64,000 nt of DNA from Eledone cirrhosa (taxonomy: Eukaryota): positions 73,408,001 through 73,472,000 of the forward strand of contig OZ024744.1 in the NCBI GenBank assembly GCA_964016885.1, given 5' to 3'. Positions 55,141 through 64,000 of this stretch are shown in pieces. Each line of letters starts with the position of its first letter. Positions within the stretch are counted from its first letter, which is position 1. The notes beneath the pieces were generated by a model. That model ran no database searches, had not been told where the DNA came from, and was given only the letters and a program-made list of their open reading frames with translations. A program made the translations under genes and the position numbers.

Positions 55141-55460
55141 TGTGAAGGCTAAAGACTTTGTGGTTAGGGCATTCGGCTCAAGATCGTAATGTCATGAGTT
55201 CGATTCCCGGCGGTGCGCTGTGTCCTTGGGAAAGACACCTTATTTCACGTTGCTCCAGTCAACTCAGCTGGCAAAAATGTGTTCTACCTGTAATTCGAAG
55301 GGCCAGCCTTGTCACATTCTGTGTCACGCTGAACCTCATTGAGAACTACTGTATGGGTACGCGTGTTTGTGCAATGTTCAGCTACTTGCACGTTTATTTC
55401 ATGAGCGGGTTGTTCGTTGATCGTATCAATTGAAACAGTCGTCGTCGTAACAGACGGAGT
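55141..55460 (+). mobile_element. tRNA-derived SINE, MetaSINE-like core
   Basis: B box GAGTTCGATTCC and core tgtgtccttgggaaagacacc. Related to 21220-21340. Confidence 0.75.
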
Positions 55461-55549
55461 GACGTCAAGTGCCGTCACTCTCACGCTAATAGAGGATATA
55501 CTTTAAATGATGCTCACATTAATTCTGCACCGACACCAACCGGCTAGAG

Positions 55550-55859
55550 CAAGGGCGTACGACAGGCGACCCGCGGGGCACAATCCTGCCCGCCAGGTCA
55601 GTCAGAGTGGTCCGCGATGACCGTTTTTAATGTAGGCTTATTTAGAATTTTTTTCGTAACCGTAAAACAATTTTCTGTTAGTTGACCTATACTAAAGGGC
55701 TTCACCGATAGAGTTATGTGTATTATAATTTCCCAGTTCTATGTTATAGAAAGAAGTTATGGTGAATCTTTGGAATAGTGCTTAATAAATATGAATTGCC
55801 CTAATAGTTGTCTCAATGTTCAAAAGTCACCCGCCATTGGAATATGTTGCACACCCCTG
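55550..55859. mobile_element. hAT-like MITE
   Basis: Imperfect TIRs caagggcgtacgac / gttgcacacccctg, with 8-bp flanks ggctagag / ttctagag. Confidence 0.6.
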
Positions 55860-55937
55860 TTCTAGAGTATTGCTACACATTAACTATATATAAACGTATG
55901 TCACTGACATGGCGTTGTGCGAAACCAGGCTACGCGG

Positions 55938-58900
55938 TGCCACCACAAACACTACCACCACAAACACTACCACCACAAACACTACCATCACAAACACTAC
56001 CACTACAAACACTACCACCACAAACAGTACCACCACAAACACTACCACCACAAACACTACCACTACAAACACTACCACCACAAACACTACCACCACAAAC
56101 ACTACCACCACAAACACTACCACCACAAACACTACCACCACAAACACTACCACCACAAACATTACCACCACAAACACTACCACCACAAACACTACCACCA
56201 CAAACACTACCACCACAAACACTACCACCACAAACACTACCACCACAAACACTACCACCACAAACACTACCACCACAAACACTACCACCACAAACACTAC
56301 CACCACAAACACTACCACCACAAACACTACCATCACAAACACTACCATCACAAACACTACCACCACAAACACTACCACCACAAACACTACCACCACAAAC
56401 ACTACCACCACAAACACTACCACCACAAACACTACCACCACAAACACTACCACCACAAACACTACCACCACAAACACTACCACCACAAACACTACCACCA
56501 CAAACACTACCACCACAAACACTACCACCACAAACACTACCACCACAAACACTACCACCACAAACACTACCACCACAAACACTACCATCACAAACACTAC
56601 CATCACAAACACCACCACCACAAACACTACCACCACAAACACTACCACCACAAACACTACCACCACAAACACTACCAGCACAAACACTACCACCACAAAC
56701 ACCACCACCACAAACACTACCACCACAAACACTACCACCACAAACACTACCACCACAAACACTACCATCACAAACACTACCACCACAAACACTACCACCA
56801 CAAACACTACCATCACAAACACTACCACCACAAACACTACCACCACAAACACTACCACCACAAACACTACCACCACAAACACTACCACCACAAACACTAC
56901 CACCACAAACACTACCACCACAAACACTACCACCACAAACACTACCATCACAAACACTACCACCACAAACACTATCACCACAAACACTACCACCACAAAC
57001 ACTACCAGCACAAACACTACCACCACAAACACTACCATCACAAACACTACCACCACAAACACTACCACCACAGACACTACCACCACAAACACTACCATCA
57101 CAAACACTACCATCACAAACACCACCACCACAAACACTACCACCACAAACACTACCACCACAAACACTACCATCACAAACACTACCACCACAAACACTAC
57201 CATCACAAACACTACCACCACAAACACTACCATCACAAACACTACCACCACAGACACTACCACCACAAACACTACCATCACAAACACTACCACCACAAAC
57301 ACTACCACCACAAACACTACCACCACAAACACTACCACCACAAACACTACCATCACAAACACTACCACCACAAACACCACCACCACAAACACTACCACCA
57401 CAAACACTACCACCACAAACACTACCATCACAAACACTACCACCACAAACACTACCATCACAAACACTACCACCACAAACACCACCACCACAAACACTAC
57501 CACCACAAACACTACCACCACAAACACTACAACTACAACCACTACCACCACAAACACTACCACCACAAACACTACCACCACAAACACCACCACCACAAAC
57601 ACTACCACCACAAACACTACCACCACAAACACTACCACCACAAACATTACCACCACAAACACTACCATCACAAACACTACCACCACAAACACTACCACCA
57701 CAAACACCACCACCACAAACACTACCACCACAAACACTACCACCTCAAACACTACCACCACAACCACTACCATCACAAACACTACCACCACAAACACTAC
57801 CACCACAAACACCACCACCACAAACACTACCACCACAAACACTACCACCTCAAACACTACCACCACAACCACTACCACCTCAAACACTACCACCACAACC
57901 ACTACCACCACAAACACTACCATCACAAACACTACCACCACAAACACTACCATCACAAACACTACCATCACAAACACTACCACCACAAACACTACCACCA
58001 CAAACATTACCACCACAAACACTACCATCACAAACACTACCACCACAAACACTACCATCACAAACACTACCACCACAAACACTACCACCACAAACACCAC
58101 CACCACAAACACTACCACCACAAACACTACCACCTCAAACACTACCACCACAACCACTACCACCTCAAACACTACCACCACAAACACTACCACCACAAAC
58201 ACTACCATCACAAACACTACCACCACAAACACTACCATCACAAACACTACCATCACAAACACTACCACCACAAACACTACCACCACAAACACTACCACCA
58301 CAACCACTACCACCACAAACACTACCATCACAAACACTACCACCACAAACACTACCATCACAAACACTACCATCACAAACACTACCACCACAAACACTAC
58401 CACCACAAACACTACCATCACAAACACTACCATCACAAACACTACCATCACAAACACTACCATCACAAACACTACCACCACAAACACTACCACCACAAAC
58501 ACTACCACCACAAACACTACCACCACAAACACTACCACCACAAACACTACCACCACAAACACTACCACAACAAACACCACCATCACAAACACTACCACCA
58601 CAAACACTACCACCACAAACACTACCACCACAAACACTACCACCACAAACACTACCACCACAAACACTACCACCACAAACACTACCACCACAAACACTAC
58701 CAGCACAAACACTACCACCACAAACACTACCACCACAAACACTACCACCACAAACACTACCATCACAAACACTACCACCACAAACACTACCACCACAAAC
58801 ACTACCATCACAAACACTACCATCACAAAGACTACCACCACAAAGACTACCACCACAAACAATACCACCACAAACACTACCATCACAAACACTACCATCA

Positions 58901-61900
58901 CAAACACTACCACAACAAACACCACCACCACAAAAACTACCACCACAAACACTACCATCACAAACACTACCATCACAAACACTACCACAACAAACACCAC
59001 CACCACAAAAACTACCACCACAAACACTACCATCACAAACACTACCATCACAAACACTACCACAACAAACACCACCACCACAAAAACTACCATCACAAAC
59101 ACTACCATCACAAACACTACCACAACAAACACTACCACCACAAACACTACCACCACAAACACTACCATCACAAACACTACCACCACAAACACTACCACCA
59201 CAAACACTACCACCACAAACACTACCATCACAAACACTACCACAACAAACACTACCACCACAAACACTACCACCACAAACACTACCATCACAAACACTAC
59301 CACCACAAAAACTACCATCACAAACACTACCATCACAAACACTACCACAACAAACACTACCACCACAAACACTACCACCACAAACACTACCATCACAAAC
59401 ACTACCACCACAAACACTACCACCACAAACACTACCACCACAAACACTACCATCACAAACACTACCACCACAAACACTACCACCACAAACACTACCACCA
59501 CAAACACTACCACCTCAAACACTACCACCACAAACACTACCACCACAAACACTACCACCACAAACACTACCACCACAAACATTACCACCACAAACACTAC
59601 CACCACAAACACTACCACCACAAACACTACCACCACAAACACTACCACCACAAACACTACCACCACAAACACTACCACCACAAACATTACCACCACAAAC
59701 ACTACCACCACAAACACTACCACCACAAACACTACCACCACAAACATTACCACCACAAACACTACCACCACAAACACTACCACCACAAACACTACCACCA
59801 CAAACACTACCACCACAAACATTACCACCACAAACACTACCATCACAAACACTACCATCACAAACACTACCACCACAAACACTACCACCACAAACACTAC
59901 CACCACAAACACTACCACCACAAACACTACCACCACAAACATTACCACCACAAACACTACCACCACAAACACTACCACCACAAACACTACCACCACAAAA
60001 ACTACCACCACAAACACTACCACCACAAACACTACCACCACAAACACTACCACCACAAACACTACCACCACAAACACTACCACCACAAACACTACCACAA
60101 CAAACACCACCATCACAAACACTACCACCACAAACACTACCACAACAAACACCACCATCACAAACACTACCACCACAAACACTACCACCACAAACACTAC
60201 CACCACAAACACTACCACCACAAACACTACCACCACAAACACTACCACCACAAACACTACCACCACAAACACTACCAGCACAAACACTACCACCACAAAC
60301 ACTACCACCACAAACACTACCACCACAAACACTACCATCACAAACACTACCACCACAAACACTACCACCACAAACACTACCATCACAAACACTACCATCA
60401 CAAAGACTACCACCACAAAGACTACCACCACAAACAATACCACCACAAACACTACCATCACAAACACTACCATCACAAACACTACCACAACAAACACCAC
60501 CACCACAAAAACTACCACCACAAACACTACCATCACAAACACTACCATCACAAACACTACCACAACAAACACCACCACCACAAAAACTACCACCACAAAC
60601 ACTACCATCACAAACACTACCATCACAAACACTACCACAACAAACACCACCACCACAAAAACTACCATCACAAACACTACCATCACAAACACTACCACAA
60701 CAAACACTACCACCACAAACACTACCACCACAAACACTACCATCACAAACACTACCACCACAAACACTACCACCACAAACACTACCACCACAAACACTAC
60801 CATCACAAACACTACCACAACAAACACTACCACCACAAACACTACCACCACAAACACTACCATCACAAACACTACCACCACAAAAACTACCATCACAAAC
60901 ACTACCATCACAAACACTACCACAACAAACACTACCACCACAAACACTACCACCACAAACACTACCATCACAAACACTACCACCACAAACACTACCACCA
61001 CAAACACTACCACCACAAACACTACCATCACAAACACTACCACCACAAACACTACCACCACAAACACTACCACCACAAACACTACCACCTCAAACACTAC
61101 CACCACAAACACTACCACCACAAACACTACCACCACAAACACTACCACCACAAACATTACCACCACAAACACTACCACCACAAACACTACCACCACAAAC
61201 ACTACCACCACAAACACTACCACCACAAACACTACCACCACAAACACTACCACCACAAACATTACCACCACAAACACTACCACCACAAACACTACCACCA
61301 CAAACACTACCACCACAAACATTACCACCACAAACACTACCACCACAAACACTACCACCACAAACACTACCACCACAAACACTACCACCACAAACATTAC
61401 CACCACAAACACTACCATCACAAACACTACCATCACAAACACTACCACCACAAACACTACCACCACAAACACTACCACCACAAACACTACCACCACAAAC
61501 ACTACCACCACAAACATTACCACCACAAACACTACCACCACAAACACTACCACCACAAACACTACCACCACAAAAACTACCACCACAAACACTACCACCA
61601 CAAACACTACCACCACAAACACTACCACCACAAACACTACCACCACAAACACTACCACCACAAACACTACCACAACAAACACCACCATCACAAACACTAC
61701 CACCACAAACATTACCACCACAAACACTACCACCACAAACACTACCACCACAAACATTACCACCACAAACACTACCATCACAAACACTACCATCACAAAC
61801 ACTACCACCACAAACACTACCACCACAAACACTACCACCACAAACACTACCACCACAAACACCTCCACCACAAACACTATCACCACAAACACTACCACCA

Positions 61901-64000
61901 CAAACACTACCACCACAAACACTATCACCACAAACACTACCACCACAAACACCTCCACCACAAACACTACCACCACAAACACTACCACCACAAACACTAC
62001 CACCACAAACATTACCACCACAAACACTACCACCACAAACACTACCATCACAAACACTACCACCACAAACACTACCACCACAAACACTACCACCACAAAC
62101 ACTACCACCACAAACACTACCACCACAAACATTACCACCACAAACACTACCACCACAAACACTACCACCACAAACACTACCACCAAAAACACTACCACCA
62201 CAAACATTACCACCACAAACACTACCACCACAAACACTACCACCACAAACACTACCACAACAAACACCACCATCACAAACACTACCACCACAAACATTAC
62301 CACCACAAACACTACCACCACAAACACTACCACCACAAACATTACCACCACAAACACTACCATCACAAACACTACCACCACAAAAACTACCACCACAAAC
62401 ACTACCACCACAAACACTACCACCACAAACACTACCACCACAAACACTACCACCACAAACACTACCACCACAAACACTACCACAACAAACACCACCATCA
62501 CAAACACTACCACCACAAACACTACCACCACAAACACTACCACCACAAACACTACCACCACAAACACTACCACCACAAACACTACCACCACAAACACTAC
62601 CACCACAAACACTACCACTACAAACACTACCATCACAAACACTACCACCACAAACACTACCACCACAAAAACTACCACCACAAACACCACCACCACAAAC
62701 ACTACCACCACAAACACTACATTCACAAACACCACCATCACAACCACTACCACCACAAACACTACCACCACAAACACTACATTCACAAACACCACCATCA
62801 CAACCACTACCACCACAAACACTACCACCACAAACACTACCATCACAAACACTACCTTCACAAACACTACCACCACAAACACTACCACCATTAACACTAC
62901 CATCACAAACACTACCACCACAAACACTACCACCACAAAAACTACCACCACAAACACTACCACCACAAACACTACCACCAGAAACACTACCACCACAAAC
63001 ACTACCACCACAAAAACTACCACCACAAACACCACCACCACAAACACTACCACCAGAAACACTACCACCATTAACACTACCATCACAAACACTACCACCA
63101 CAAACACTACCACCACAAAAACTACCACCACAGACACTACCACCACAAACACTACCACCACAAACACTACCAGCACAAACACTACCACCACAAACACTAC
63201 CATCACAAACACTACCACCACAAACACTACCACCACAGACACTACCACCACAAACACTACCATCACAAACACTACCATCACAAACACCACCACCACAAAC
63301 ACTACCACCACAAACACTACCACCACAAACACTACCAGCACACACACTAACACCACAAACACTACCACCACAAACACTACCACCACAAACACTACCACCA
63401 CAAACACTACCACCACAAACACTACCACCACAAACACTACCACCACAAACACTACCATCACAAACACTACCACCACAAACACTACCATCACAAACACTAC
63501 CACCACAAACACTACCATCACAAACACTACCATCACAAACACTACCATCACAAACACTACCACCACAAACACCACCACCACAAACACTACCACCACAAAC
63601 ACTACCACCACAAACACTACCACCACAAACACTACCACCACAAACACTACCATCACAAACACTACCACCACAAACACTACCATCACAAACACTACCACCA
63701 CAAACACTACCATCACAAACACTACCACCACAGACACTACCACCACAAACACTACCATCACAAACACTACCACCACAAACACTACCACCACAAACACTAC
63801 CACCACAAACACTACCACCACAAACACTACCATCACAAACACTACCACCACAAACACCACCACCACAAACACTACCACCACAAACACTACCACCACAAAC
63901 ACTACCATCACAAACACTACCACCACAAACACTACCATCACAAACACTACCATCACAAACACTACCATCACAAACACTACCACCACAAACACCACCACCA
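55938..64000 (+). repeat. 15-bp minisatellite (CACCACAAACACTAC)n, >8 kb, running off the window end
   Basis: Strict 15-bp periodicity with no indels visible, about 535 units. Confidence 0.98.

Noticed and set aside
55884-63998. 2704-aa VVVVF and 751-aa GGSVC minus-strand ORFs as genes
   Set aside because: They are an automatic result of a stop-free 15-bp unit, with no independent coding evidence.

Overview
AT-rich eukaryotic, repeat-dominated DNA. It is most consistent with a cephalopod (octopus-type) genome, inferred from the SINE families and the very dense (TA)n, (CA)n and trinucleotide arrays. No host gene is firmly identified; two candidate minus-strand exons lie at about 27.0-29.4 kb. 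The window is dominated by Penelope-like retroelements (PLEs): one copy with an uninterrupted 1030-codon RT + GIY-YIG ORF (22835-25927, minus) and three decayed Naiad-like copies. About ten short palindromic (fold-back) elements sit inside (TA)n tracts. By-eye folding finds about 25 type I hammerhead ribozyme-like motifs (stem I-CUGANGA-stem II-GAAA-stem III-NUH-stem I) from roughly 15 sequence families. They lie in PLE terminal repeats, in the palindromic elements and in other short islands between (TA)n tracts, and include minimal palindromic-stem-III forms and U3-A8 core variants. Also present are decayed L1/Tx1-like and RTE LINEs, many tRNA-derived SINEs (one with its 3' end amplified into an 8 x 77 bp array), non-autonomous Helitrons, hAT-like MITEs, a 200-N gap and a >8 kb 15-bp minisatellite with a 1575-bp higher-order duplication. 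Most ORF-track entries are microsatellite artefacts.
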